A stretch of 64,000 nt of DNA, from positions 2,944,001 through 3,008,000 of the forward strand of contig OZ241867.1 in NCBI GenBank assembly GCA_965203175.1. Reading direction: 5' to 3'. Position 1 is the first letter of the stretch; the number at the start of each line of letters is the position of its first letter. Shown one piece after another: positions 27,911 to 37,344 of the stretch. Origin of the DNA: Candidatus Latescibacterota bacterium. GTDB lineage: Bacteria > Latescibacterota > UBA2968 > UBA8231. The translations under genes and the position numbers were made by a program. The notes under the pieces were generated by a model that saw only the letters and a list, made by a program, of their open reading frames with translations, was not told the origin of the DNA and made no database searches.

Positions 27911-29493
27911 TGGCCTGCTTTTTCCCGCGGATGGCCTTGGCCGCGTGGATGCTCTCGCTGCCGCTGACGGTTGCAGCCGAAGAGCGAATATGCGGGACGC
28001 GCTGGCTCGAGCAGCACCGCGCGTCTTTCCCCGCGCCAGCCCCCAAGGCAGTCGGCGCAAGTCAAGAGCTAAGCCCCATTGAGGTGGGGACTCAGCTCGC
28101 CTTTTACGTGCCGACCGAATTCGTACTCAAATCGGCCACTTGCCGCTACAAGGGGACGCACTGCTACATCTTCGTCGAAGAAAGTCAGTGGGACATCATC
28201 GCGGCCCAGCCAGATGTGGATAAGCTGGGTGCGCTTTTTGACGCGGCGACTCCGGCTGATTCCGAGCGCGGAGTATTTGAAATAGCGGTCGATGCCTTTG
28301 GCGAGCCTGCCGATGAGGACGGCGATCCCCGCATTTTCATTCTGATTTTGGACCTGCCCAGCAACATAGTCGGATTTTTCGATGGTGCGCTGTACGAGCG
28401 GGCGCAGCCCGAACTCCGACGCGATACGATTTACCTGGACGCGAACAAGCTGGCCTTTAGCGCCTATCTCGCCTACGCGACCTTAGCGCACGAATTCCAG
28501 CATCTAATTCATTGGGGCCGCGATTCAGACGAAGAGAGATGGATCGACGAAGGGCTTTCTGGGTACGCCGAGGAGCTAGTCGGTTTCCCCGAGGCCGATC
28601 CGAGCATGGTGCCGAGTTTTCTCGCGGATCCCAGTATCAATCTAACGCACTTTGTGTTTGATTCAGCAAATTACGGCAAGACCTATTTGTTTGCCTCGTT
28701 TTTGGCCGAGCGCTATGGCTCGGGGCTGATTCGCCAAATCGTCGCCGAGCCGCGCAACGGCATTTCGGGCATTGACGACGCGTTCAAGAACCAAAACTGG
28801 GTTGAGGATTACGCGGGTGCTTGGCGTTTGTGGATTGCGGCTAACTACGCGGGTGGGTACGAGGCCCTGCGCGGCCGCCGCGTCGCCGCAGTTGCAGCGC
28901 CTGATGTGCCTTTCGCAGAACTGGCCGGCGAGGTCGGCAGCCAATGGGGTGCAGCCAATGTAGTTATTCGCTCGGAGGGGGATGTAGTCGTTGATTTCGC
29001 TGGCGCGGCCGAAGGGGACTATGCTGCGTGGGTGTACGCCATGCGCGACCAGCGCGGCGAGCTTATAGCGATGGAACTTAGCGCGGACAACACAGGGCAG
29101 GTGCAGGTCGCGGATGTAGATAGCGCGGCGGTCATCGTCGGCAGGGCTTCGCCGACGGGTGGTGATTTTGTCCTCGCGGCTCGGTATTTTACGCCCACAG
29201 TCGTAGCGATGCAAATAGAGGAACGGACCGGGGCTAATGACTTGGCACCGGCTTATCCGAATCCGGCCAACAGCGCGGTGAATCTGCCCTTTCGCTTGGC
29301 AAGAGAAGCGGATGTCGAACTGGCGATATACAATGCCTTGGGCCAGCGCGCGACCCTTTTGGTGGCGGAGCGGCTCGCGGCCGGGGAGCACTTGGCGCGC
29401 TGGGGCGGTGAGCGCGCGGCTAGTGGGGCGTATTGGGCCGTGCTGAAGGTCGGTGGGGAAACGCGGACGCGCCGGTTGATGTTGGTCCGGTGA
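27910..29493 (+). CDS. Secreted Zn-metallopeptidase (M30-like) with T9SS CTD
   Basis: Signal peptide; D.DGDPRIFIL, TLAHEFQHLIH, WIDEGLS; C-terminal AYPNP..IYNALGQ..SGAY..RRLMLVR. Start 27910 or 27931. Confidence 0.75.
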   Translation: MACFFPRMALAAWMLSLPLTVAAEERICGTRWLEQHRASFPAPAPKAVGASQELSPIEVGTQLAFYVPTEFVLKSATCRYKGTHCYIFVEESQWDIIAAQPDVDKLGALFDAATPADSERGVFEIAVDAFGEPADEDGDPRIFILILDLPSNIVGFFDGALYERAQPELRRDTIYLDANKLAFSAYLAYATLAHEFQHLIHWGRDSDEERWIDEGLSGYAEELVGFPEADPSMVPSFLADPSINLTHFVFDSANYGKTYLFASFLAERYGSGLIRQIVAEPRNGISGIDDAFKNQNWVEDYAGAWRLWIAANYAGGYEALRGRRVAAVAAPDVPFAELAGEVGSQWGAANVVIRSEGDVVVDFAGAAEGDYAAWVYAMRDQRGELIAMELSADNTGQVQVADVDSAAVIVGRASPTGGDFVLAARYFTPTVVAMQIEERTGANDLAPAYPNPANSAVNLPFRLAREADVELAIYNALGQRATLLVAERLAAGEHLARWGGERAASGAYWAVLKVGGETRTRRLMLVR

Positions 29494-29549
29494 AGGCTGG
29501 ACTAACCCTAGGAATGTCTAGCGCCTGACGATCTGCGAATTCAGGGGCT

Positions 29550-30233
29550 TCAGTCCTCCAACGCGAGGATGCCAATATCGCGAGTGTGGGCGTCGCAGTA
29601 CCACAAGACGCCTTGGTGCGCGGTCAATCCGTGGACCTCATCTGGGGCAGTCACCCGAATGACGTCATAGACGCGCCCGTCCTTGGTGTCGAGCAGACTA
29701 ACGGTGCCGGCTGAGGTGTCGGCCACCCACAGCCTGCCGTCGGGCCCCCAAGCGATGCCGTGGTTGCGAAAACCGGGGGTGCGAAATTGATGTTCTTCTT
29801 CCCAAGTGTCGGGGTTCATGACGTGGACCATTTGGGAAGGCGGAGAGGCCACGTATAGCTTGCCGTCTTTCCATTCTAGGCCGTGGGAACCGGTGGGGCG
29901 CGCGTTTGCGATACCCTCCCGGGGCGCTGTGATGCCGGCACCGGGCGAATCGTATTTGGCGATGGTGCGGCCGGTTTCTAGTTCTAGTTTGGCGATCTTG
30001 AGTTCATAAGTAGAGGCGATCCACAGACATCCGTCTCCTAGGGTAATGCCGCTGGAGTGGGCCGTATCGGTCTGGGCTGCGAACAAGGTTTCGCCGGTTT
30101 CATAATCCAACTTGTACACTTTGTGATCGACTTGGTCGATAACCCACAGGCCGTCGGGGGCGGCTTGGATGCCGTTCGGCTGTGGTCCAGGGCACAAGAA
30201 TCGCTTGTCCACCTTGGCAATATTTGAAGCCAT
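29550..30233 (-). CDS. Beta-propeller protein (Vgb/glutaminyl cyclase/SMP-30-like), function unknown
   Basis: Repeated PG...GI....LWV.D blades; GGAGG RBS. Confidence 0.6.
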   Translation of the reverse strand: MASNIAKVDKRFLCPGPQPNGIQAAPDGLWVIDQVDHKVYKLDYETGETLFAAQTDTAHSSGITLGDGCLWIASTYELKIAKLELETGRTIAKYDSPGAGITAPREGIANARPTGSHGLEWKDGKLYVASPPSQMVHVMNPDTWEEEHQFRTPGFRNHGIAWGPDGRLWVADTSAGTVSLLDTKDGRVYDVIRVTAPDEVHGLTAHQGVLWYCDAHTRDIGILALED

Positions 30234-30264
30234 TGCGTTTGTCCTCCATTAAAAAAAGTGCGTA

Positions 30265-31119
30265 CTAACGGTCGAGTGGTGTGGCGATGATGTTGTCAAT
30301 CAGCCGGACGTTGGACAGGCGCACGGCGAGAGCGATGACGACCGGGCCGGTGATATGAGCCACTTCTTCGAGCGTGTCCGGGTGCGCGATAGAAATGTAG
30401 TCAATGGACGCGTCGAGTGCGCGCTCGATGTGCGCCCGCATCTCGGCGACGATCCGACTGGCGTCGCGTTCGCCCTGTTCGATTTTTTCCTGGCCCATTG
30501 TGAGTGCTTCGTAGAGGGCCGATGCGCGCTGTCGCTCTTCTGCGCTGAGAAGAACGTTGCGCGAACTCATGGCCAAGCCATCTGCTTCGCGCACGGTGGG
30601 AGCAACCTCGACGCGCAAATCCAAGTTCAAATCGCGCACTAGGCGACGAATGACAGCCGCCTGCTGGTAGTCTTTTTGGCCGAAGACGGCTAGGTGCGGT
30701 TTGACGGCGGTGAATAGCTTGGTCACTACGGTGGTGACGCCGCGAAAATGCCCGGGGCGGAAGGGGCCGCACAAGCCCTTGGTTAGCTCTTCGACTTCGA
30801 CGAAGGTCGAGAAGTCAGGGGGATAGAATTCCACTGTCTGTGGGTGAAAGACTGTATCGACTCCTCGGCGGGACAGTAGGTCGAGGTCGCGCTCCATGTC
30901 GCGCGGATAGATGGCGAAGTCTTCTTTCGGACCGAATTGCAGTGGATTGACGAAAATGCTGACGACCGTGCGGTCCGCGGCTTTGAGGCTGTGATCGACT
31001 AAGCTGAGGTGTCCCTCGTGCAAAAAACCCATCGTCGGCACTAGTCCAACGCATAGGTCCGTGCCGCGCCAAGCGTCGGATTGAGCCTGCATTTCCGCGA
31101 CCGTATGTATGCGTTTCAT
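30265..31119 (-). CDS. panC: Pantoate--beta-alanine ligase
   Basis: VPTMGFLHEGH, SIFVNPLQF, RPGHFRGV, FGQKDYQQ, GLAMSSRN, RLIDN. Confidence 0.97.
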   Translation of the reverse strand: MKRIHTVAEMQAQSDAWRGTDLCVGLVPTMGFLHEGHLSLVDHSLKAADRTVVSIFVNPLQFGPKEDFAIYPRDMERDLDLLSRRGVDTVFHPQTVEFYPPDFSTFVEVEELTKGLCGPFRPGHFRGVTTVVTKLFTAVKPHLAVFGQKDYQQAAVIRRLVRDLNLDLRVEVAPTVREADGLAMSSRNVLLSAEERQRASALYEALTMGQEKIEQGERDASRIVAEMRAHIERALDASIDYISIAHPDTLEEVAHITGPVVIALAVRLSNVRLIDNIIATPLDR

Positions 31120-31625
31120 GGGATGGCGGGAAGGGCGAGGGGGCCGACGTCCTTAGCTTCGCGACCGTTGAGTGCGGCTAGATACGCAGCAAATGGCCGG
31201 CCGGTGACCGGATGACTAAGGCGCGGGGCGATTTCGCAAAGGGGCACCAGCACAAAGCTGCGCTCGTGCATGTGCGGGTGCGGCAGGGTCAGATCGGCGC
31301 TTTCGACGACGTGCTCGCCGTATAGCAACAGGTCGAGGTCGAGGGTGCGCGGCCCCCAGTGAATACGGCGTTGTCGCTGGTGTCTTTTTTCGGCAGCGAG
31401 CAGGGCGGCTAACAGCGGTTCGGGAGCGAGCGAGGTTTCTATGGCAAAAACGGCGTTGAGGAAATCCGGTTGCGCGATCGGTCCCAGCGGCCGGGTTTCG
31501 TAGGCTCGGGAGGCGGCCGCGAGACGCGTGCCAGGGAGCGCGGCGACTTCTCTGAGTCCGGCTTCGAGGTACGCGCGGCGATCGCCGAGGTTGCTGCCGA
31601 TGGCTATATAGGCTCGCTCAGGCAT
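31116..31625 (-). CDS. folK: Hydroxymethyldihydropterin pyrophosphokinase
   Basis: AYIAIGSNLG, FLNAV, WGPRTLDLDLL, LPHP..HERSFVLVPL. Confidence 0.95.
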   Translation of the reverse strand: MPERAYIAIGSNLGDRRAYLEAGLREVAALPGTRLAAASRAYETRPLGPIAQPDFLNAVFAIETSLAPEPLLAALLAAEKRHQRQRRIHWGPRTLDLDLLLYGEHVVESADLTLPHPHMHERSFVLVPLCEIAPRLSHPVTGRPFAAYLAALNGREAKDVGPLALPAIP

Positions 31626-31983
31626 AGGACCGGCGTATTTCGACTTCGATGCCGTCAAAGTGCGCGGCGACCGGAGGATTGGGTTTGCGCACGCGGACGA
31701 CGAGTTCGACCGGGGCGCAGTGGGTGCCGACCTTCTCGGCGATGCGCTCGGCGAGGGCTTCGACCAATTTGCAGGGCTCGCCGGTAACTACATCGGCTAC
31801 CAGCGCGTACACCTCTGGATAGTTGATCGCCGCATCTATGTCGTCGCTGCGCCCTGCTTGGCGAAAATCGCCGTAGAGTTCGACATCGACTTCGTAGTGC
31901 TGGCCGAGTGCGGTCTCTTCGGGGAAAAGTCCGTGATAGGCAAAAAAGCGCATGTTGCGCAGGCGAAGGGCGTCGTTGGGCAT
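31618..31983 (-). CDS. folB: Dihydroneopterin aldolase
   Basis: FFAYHG...EE..LGQ, INY, LVEALAE, VRKP..P; start MPND at 31983. Confidence 0.93.
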   Translation of the reverse strand: MPNDALRLRNMRFFAYHGLFPEETALGQHYEVDVELYGDFRQAGRSDDIDAAINYPEVYALVADVVTGEPCKLVEALAERIAEKVGTHCAPVELVVRVRKPNPPVAAHFDGIEVEIRRSYA

Positions 31984-31993
31984 GGCAAGGGCT

Positions 31994-33301
31994 TCAGGCG
32001 CGACCCAATGCCCGATAGGCGATGTCGCGGCGGCAATAGGCGTTGGCAAAGGCGATCTGATCTACTGCTGAGTAGGCTTTGGCGACGGCGGCTTGGAGAT
32101 CGGCGTCCGCGGCCGTCACGCCGAGCACTCGGCCGCCATCCGTAATGAAGCGGCCCTCGCGCTGGGCGGTGCCAGCGTGAAAGACGACGAGGTCGTCGCG
32201 GTCGGCAAAAGCCTCCAAGCCGCGGATCTCAAAGCCCTTCTCATAAGTTTGCGGATAGCCGTCCGAGGCCATGACCACGCAGACGGCCGCTCCGGGCGCG
32301 CATTCGACTTGCACCTGGTCTAGGCGACCGTCACAGGCGGCGGTGAGCAAGTCGACGAGGTCGGTTTTGAGCAGGGGCATGAGGATCTGGCATTCGGGAT
32401 CGCCGAAGCGGGCGTTGAACTCTACCACTTTAACGCCGGCGTCGGTGCACATCAGCCCGCAGTAAAGCACGCCTTGGTACGGAGTGCCCAGCCGGCGCAT
32501 TTCGGCGAGCACGGGTCGGATGATGCGCTCTTCGGCCTCGCGCACTAGGGGCGGCGTCATCACCGGTGCTGGAGCGTAGGCCCCCATGCCGCCGGTGTTG
32601 GGGCCTTTGTCGCCGTCGTAGATGGGTTTGTGGTCTTGGGCGGGCGTCAGGGTGATAAAATGTTCGCCGTCGCAGATTGCAAAGAGCGAGGCTTCCTCGC
32701 CGGTCATGTATTCTTCGACGACGATGTGGTGTCCGGCCCCGCCTAAAACATCTTCGTCGAGCATTTCGCGTGCTGCTGCGAGGGCTTGATCTACGCTCTG
32801 GCAGACGACCGCGCCCTTGCCGGCGGCTAGGCCGCTGGCTTTGACCACGATCGGGGCACCCTGCTCGCGGATATAGGTGCTGGCGGCTTGGCTATCGGTG
32901 AAGCTCTGATGTCGGGCAGTGGGGACGCCGATGCGCTCCATCAGGTCTTTGGCGAAAACCTTGCTGCTTTCGATGCGGGCGGCGGCTTCCGTGGGGCCGA
33001 AAATCGCCAGCCCACTGGTGCGGAAGCGATCGACAATGCCGCCGGCTAGGGCGTCGTCTGGACCGACGACGGTCAGCCCGATTTGCTGTTCGTGGGCAAA
33101 GGCGACTAGACGCTCGATTTCGCCGACGAGTTTTTCGCGTTCGGCCACGGGGGTATCGACGCGGATATCGACGCATTCAGCGAGGGAGGCCATGCCGGGG
33201 TTGCCGGGGGCGACGTAGAGTTTGTCGATGCGCTGACTCTGTGCCAGCTTCCACACGAGGGCGTGTTCGCGCCCCCCTTTGCCGACGACTAGGACATTCA
33301 T
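31994..33301 (-). CDS. purD: Phosphoribosylamine--glycine ligase
   Basis: G.GGREHAL, APGNPG, KASGLAAGKG, QDHK, GPNTGGMGAY, EFNARFGDPE, GGRVL. Confidence 0.97.
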   Translation of the reverse strand: MNVLVVGKGGREHALVWKLAQSQRIDKLYVAPGNPGMASLAECVDIRVDTPVAEREKLVGEIERLVAFAHEQQIGLTVVGPDDALAGGIVDRFRTSGLAIFGPTEAAARIESSKVFAKDLMERIGVPTARHQSFTDSQAASTYIREQGAPIVVKASGLAAGKGAVVCQSVDQALAAAREMLDEDVLGGAGHHIVVEEYMTGEEASLFAICDGEHFITLTPAQDHKPIYDGDKGPNTGGMGAYAPAPVMTPPLVREAEERIIRPVLAEMRRLGTPYQGVLYCGLMCTDAGVKVVEFNARFGDPECQILMPLLKTDLVDLLTAACDGRLDQVQVECAPGAAVCVVMASDGYPQTYEKGFEIRGLEAFADRDDLVVFHAGTAQREGRFITDGGRVLGVTAADADLQAAVAKAYSAVDQIAFANAYCRRDIAYRALGRA

Positions 33302-33325
33302 TGGTTTAGCGTTCCTTTCTGAGAC

Positions 33326-34252
33326 TTAGAGATAACCAAATTCCCGCAAATCGCGCTCTTTGTTGCGCCAGTCTGGGCGGACTTTTACCCACAGTTCTAC
33401 ATAGACAGGCTCGTCGAGTAGTTCCTCCAGAGCAGTGCGGGCTTGGCGTCCGATTGATCGCAGGCGCATTCCCTTCTTGCCGATGACGATGCCCTTTTGG
33501 CTTTCGCGCCCGATGTAGATAATGGCGCGAATGTAGGTCTTGTGGCCCGGGCGCTGGCGGAATTCCTCGATGTGGATGTTGATGGCGTAAGGTAGCTCGT
33601 CCTCAAGGTGCTCAAAAGCTACCTCGCGGATGCGTTCAGCGGCAAAAAACCGCTCGGGCTGTTCGGCCACCATATCGTCTGGATAGAGCTTGGGGCCGCA
33701 GGGTAGTTGGGCCTCTAGGCACGATAGCAGTTTGCCGAGTCCGTCGCCGCGCAAAGCTGAGACCGGGATCGGGCTTGCGATGCCGAACTCGTCGGCGATG
33801 CTTTTTTGCAGGGCGTCTAGCTGGGTGGGTTGTACTAGGTCGATCTTGTTGAGCACGGCCAAGACTGGTGCTCGCGCACGCTCTAGAAAGTGCTTCACCA
33901 ACGCGCTGCGGTCTTTGGGGCGGGAGGCGTCGAACAGCAGCAAGACTAGGTCGGCTTGGCGGGCGGCTTGGTCGATTTGGTGGGCCATGGTCTCGTGCAG
34001 CTTGTAGGAGGACTCTAACAGGCCAGGCGTGTCCAAGAAAATTATCTGGCTCTGTGGACGAGTGAGGATACCGAGGATGCGGCTGCGAGTCGTCTGCGGT
34101 TTGGCGGTGACGATGGAGAGCCGTTGGCCCAAGAAGGCGTTGAAGAGGGTGGATTTACCCGCGTTGGGACGACCGGCCAAGGCCACGTAGCCGACGCGAG
34201 GTTGCTCAGAAGCGGAAGCTGGCGGACAACTGGTAGGTTGCTTCGAGCGCAT
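33326..34252 (-). CDS. era: GTPase Era
   Basis: GRPNAGKST, KPQTTR, DTPG, NKID, KH domain SQKGIVIGKKG; start overlaps the upstream gene. Confidence 0.95.
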   Translation of the reverse strand: MRSKQPTSCPPASASEQPRVGYVALAGRPNAGKSTLFNAFLGQRLSIVTAKPQTTRSRILGILTRPQSQIIFLDTPGLLESSYKLHETMAHQIDQAARQADLVLLLFDASRPKDRSALVKHFLERARAPVLAVLNKIDLVQPTQLDALQKSIADEFGIASPIPVSALRGDGLGKLLSCLEAQLPCGPKLYPDDMVAEQPERFFAAERIREVAFEHLEDELPYAINIHIEEFRQRPGHKTYIRAIIYIGRESQKGIVIGKKGMRLRSIGRQARTALEELLDEPVYVELWVKVRPDWRNKERDLREFGYL

Positions 34253-35138
34253 CGTGCTGCAAATAGGCGAGGTCGAGGTCGAGGCTGCGGTGGGGGGTAA
34301 GCCCTAGCCCAAAGGCTTGGCGGCCTTCCTCCAATCCAGCCCGCAAGGCGATGTAGCGATGGCGGTATTCTAGGCCGGCGTTGAGCGGGACGTCATCGGT
34401 TGCAGTGGATGCATCGCCGCCGGAGCGGGTGGCTAGGAGGGCGGTGGTCTGGCCCTCGGCGATGGGTATGGCGTACGCTACGCCCAAGAGCAGCGAAGGT
34501 TGGATGCGGTCGCTGCTGTCTGTATTCCAGACGATGGGCGTGGTGGTTGCGTCGCGCACGTTAGCTGCCAACGCGATTTGATGGCTCAATTGATAGCGCA
34601 CGCCTAGGTCGAGGCCAAAGCCGTAGGCGTTGATGGAGGCGACTTGGCGATAAATGGCCTTGGCGCTTAGCCCGAGGGATAAGCGCGCACCGAGCCGGCG
34701 ACTGCCCGACAGATACAGCGCGTAATCCGCGCTTTGTTCGGTCGAGGCGATGAGCGGACGGTTGCCAGTGCTGGGGGGCTGTAGAGGATCCGGGAGTTCG
34801 GTAAAGTGGATGTCGTCAATGCCCATGCGGACCAAGCTCAGGGCCATACCGTGCAAAAGGCGACCTGGCCGGGCAATGGCGACAAAATCGCGCTGGATGA
34901 GGCCGGAGAAGTGTTCGGAATGCGTCAGGTGAACTTGGCGACTGCTGAGGGCGGATAGACCGGCTGCATTCCAATAGCCCGCGGTGGCGTCGTCTGCGAG
35001 GGCTACATAAGCACTGCCCAAGGCCACAGAGCGGGCACCCGCGCCCAAGTCGAGGAACTCGCCGGCGTAGCGCGAGGCGGCGTGTACAGCCCCAGTCAGC
35101 AACAGGGCTAATGCAAGCGGAAGAAGACTCTTGGGCAT
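34206..35138 (-). CDS. PorV/PorQ-family outer-membrane protein (second copy)
   Basis: Signal peptide; FLDLGAGARSVALG.AYVA.ADDATAGYWN.AGL; GFGLDLG; C-terminal SFRF. Confidence 0.75.
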   Translation of the reverse strand: MPKSLLPLALALLLTGAVHAASRYAGEFLDLGAGARSVALGSAYVALADDATAGYWNAAGLSALSSRQVHLTHSEHFSGLIQRDFVAIARPGRLLHGMALSLVRMGIDDIHFTELPDPLQPPSTGNRPLIASTEQSADYALYLSGSRRLGARLSLGLSAKAIYRQVASINAYGFGLDLGVRYQLSHQIALAANVRDATTTPIVWNTDSSDRIQPSLLLGVAYAIPIAEGQTTALLATRSGGDASTATDDVPLNAGLEYRHRYIALRAGLEEGRQAFGLGLTPHRSLDLDLAYLQHDALEATYQLSASFRF

Positions 35139-35148
35139 GGGTTGTAAA

Positions 35149-35177
35149 AAGCTAGTGGAAGGGTGGCCGAGTGTCAA
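35149..35177 (-). promoter_or_regulatory. Sigma70-type promoter, 10 nt upstream of the ATG at 35138
   Basis: Minus strand TTGACA-N17-TAGCTT. Confidence 0.6.
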
Positions 35178-35217
35178 ATCGGCTCACTGCATCATCTCTT
35201 GCCGGGATGGACGATTT

Positions 35218-36546
35218 TCAGGCTATGAGGACGATTTGCAGATCCATGACGTTGGTACCCGTAGGCCCCGTGATGACGAGGTCGTCCAACGCTGCGAAGA
35301 AGGGATAGGAGTCGTGGCGGTCGAGAAAGGCACGGGCGTCGAGACCTTGAGCGCGGGCGCGGCTCAAGGTCTGGCCGTCGGCTAAGGCACCGGCGGCATC
35401 GGTGGGGCCGTCGGTGCCGTCTGTGCCGCCAGAGAGCAGAGTGATGGCGGCCCAACCGTCGAGTTGGAGGGATGCGGCTAAGGCCAATTCTTGGTTGCGT
35501 CCGCCCTTGCCGTTGTTGCGCAGAGTGACGGTCGTCTCGCCGCCGGCGATGAGACAGGCGGGCCGAGCGATGGGACGGTTGGTCTCTGCGGTTTCTTGGG
35601 CGATGGAAACCAATGCGGCCGCGGCGTGGCGCGCCTCGCCCTGTAAGCGGCTGGTGAGGACGCACACCTCGTAGCCGAGCGCGCTGGCTTTGTGCGCGGC
35701 CGCGTCGATGGCCAAGCGGCTGTTGCCAATGACCAAGCTCTCGGCGCGGGCAAAACAAGGGTCTCCAGGTTTGGGAGTCTCCGGCCGCTCGCCTTGGGTG
35801 CCAGCTTCGAGATGCTGACGGACTGGGGTGGGGAGTTGGTGGCGCAGGTCGTAGCGATCGACGATTGCTAGGCAATCGCCAAAAGTCGTGGAGTCTGGGT
35901 GGGTCGGGCCGGAGGCGATGGTGTCGAGGGGGTCGCCGATGACGTCCGAGAGCATGAGGGCGACGACGCGGGCGGGCGCGGCCGCGCGGGCGAGAAGTCC
36001 GCCCTTGATGGCCGAAAGGTGTTTGCGCAGGGCGTTGATTTCGTCGATGGTCGCACCGCAGGCGAGCAGGAGGCGGGTGGTTTCTTGCTTTTCTGCGAGG
36101 GTCAGGCTCTCGGCTGGGGCGGGCAGCAGAGCAGAGCCGCCGCCGGAGAAGAGGCCGAGGACCAGCGCGTCGGGATCCAAGTCTGCTAGCAGCGCAAGCT
36201 GACGGCGGGCACCAGCCACGCCTGCTTCGTCTGGGACGGGATGCCCGGCTTCAAAGGTCTCGACCCGCGCCAATGGCAGCGCATGGCCGTACTTAGTGTT
36301 GATGGCCCCGCAGTCAATGCGGTCGCCGAGGATCGCTTCGGTGGCCTCAGCCATGGCTGAGGTGGCCTTGCCGGCACCGACTAGGCGCAGGCTGGAAATG
36401 GTATCGAGGGAAAAGCGGAGCGAGCCACAGCGCAACTCATCGCCTGTGACCGCGAGGGCTTGGTGGACGCAACGGCCGGGATCGGCAGCAGCGACCCCGG
36501 CGTCAAAAATGGCGTGCGCGTGGGCGCGCCGCAAAGCAGCATCCAC
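35218..36546 (-). CDS. Glycerate kinase type 2 (MOFRL/TtuD family)
   Basis: GAGKA, AGHPVPD, SGGGSAL, RKHLS.IKGG, SDVIGD...IASGP, GGETTV, GGRNQE, GTDG.DG, TGTNVMD; probable GTG start 36546. Confidence 0.92.
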   Translation of the reverse strand: MDAALRRAHAHAIFDAGVAAADPGRCVHQALAVTGDELRCGSLRFSLDTISSLRLVGAGKATSAMAEATEAILGDRIDCGAINTKYGHALPLARVETFEAGHPVPDEAGVAGARRQLALLADLDPDALVLGLFSGGGSALLPAPAESLTLAEKQETTRLLLACGATIDEINALRKHLSAIKGGLLARAAAPARVVALMLSDVIGDPLDTIASGPTHPDSTTFGDCLAIVDRYDLRHQLPTPVRQHLEAGTQGERPETPKPGDPCFARAESLVIGNSRLAIDAAAHKASALGYEVCVLTSRLQGEARHAAAALVSIAQETAETNRPIARPACLIAGGETTVTLRNNGKGGRNQELALAASLQLDGWAAITLLSGGTDGTDGPTDAAGALADGQTLSRARAQGLDARAFLDRHDSYPFFAALDDLVITGPTGTNVMDLQIVLIA

Positions 36547-36556
36547 CGAAGCGCAC

Positions 36557-37183
36557 CTAGAAACGGCGCATGAGGCCCACAACTTTGCCGGCGATGCTGA
36601 ACTCGTCGGCGTCGGACGGGACGACGATGGGGTCGAACGCCTCGTTTTCAGGCAGGAGCCGGATGCCGTCGGGGTCGGGAGCATAGCGCTTGACCGTGGC
36701 CTCGTCGCCGAGCAGCGCGACGACGATATCTCCGCGCTCGGCGCGGTCTTGCTGGCGGGCGATGACGATGTCGCCATCGAGAATCCCGGCGTTGCACATA
36801 CTCTCGCCGTGGATGCGCAGCGCGAAGACATCGCCCGAAGCGGGGACGAGCGATGTATCGACATTGAGCGTGTTCTCGATGTTTTCTTCGGCGAGGATGG
36901 GAGTGCCCGCGGCGACCCTGCCAACGAGGGGCACTTCGCGCAGGTCCGCGGAAAGGGAGGCGGGCCTGACGAAATCGACGAGTTCTATGCCCCGGGAGCG
37001 GCGCGCCCGGCGGCGGATGTAGCCTTTTTTCTCCAGGGTCTCCAGGGTGGTGCGCACGCCATTGGTGGAGTTGATGTCAAAGACGTCCATGATCTCGCGG
37101 ATCGTGGGAGGGCCTCCGGAGCGAATTGCATCGGCGATGAAGTCGTAAATCGCCTGTTGGCGCTTGGTTAGGGGTTTGGGCAT
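36557..37183 (-). CDS. lexA: SOS repressor LexA
   Basis: LTKRQ..I, PPTIREI, LEKKGYI; VAAG.P cleavage site; GESM (Ser); ATVKR (Lys); GGAGG RBS before ATG 37183. Confidence 0.96.
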   Translation of the reverse strand: MPKPLTKRQQAIYDFIADAIRSGGPPTIREIMDVFDINSTNGVRTTLETLEKKGYIRRRARRSRGIELVDFVRPASLSADLREVPLVGRVAAGTPILAEENIENTLNVDTSLVPASGDVFALRIHGESMCNAGILDGDIVIARQQDRAERGDIVVALLGDEATVKRYAPDPDGIRLLPENEAFDPIVVPSDADEFSIAGKVVGLMRRF

Positions 37184-37234
37184 GAGTATACCTCCATAAC
37201 TGGGGGAGGAAAGGTGAAAGCAAACCTGAAAATA

Positions 37235-37263
37235 TATATACTGCACATTAGTTCATTTGTCAA
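37235..37263 (-). promoter_or_regulatory. lexA promoter with candidate LexA operator in the spacer
   Basis: Minus strand TTGACA-N17-TATATA; spacer contains the imperfect palindrome TGAAC-TAAT-GTGCA (37242-37255). Confidence 0.65.
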
Positions 37264-37344
37264 GGGGCACCTCTTCGTCTAATTTGCCCTCCTTATTACT
37301 TGTTTAGGGGAATTTTCTGTTTTCGCGCGACGGGAACGAAGGCT

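Noticed and set aside
36547-36924. Long N-terminal extension of glycerate kinase, suggesting a fusion with lexA
   Set aside because: It is an alternative frame over lexA with low-complexity translation; homology starts near 36546.
37226-37243. E. coli-type SOS box in CTGAAAATATATATACTG upstream of lexA
   Set aside because: Not CTG-N10-CAG on either strand; the AT run is better explained as the -10 element.
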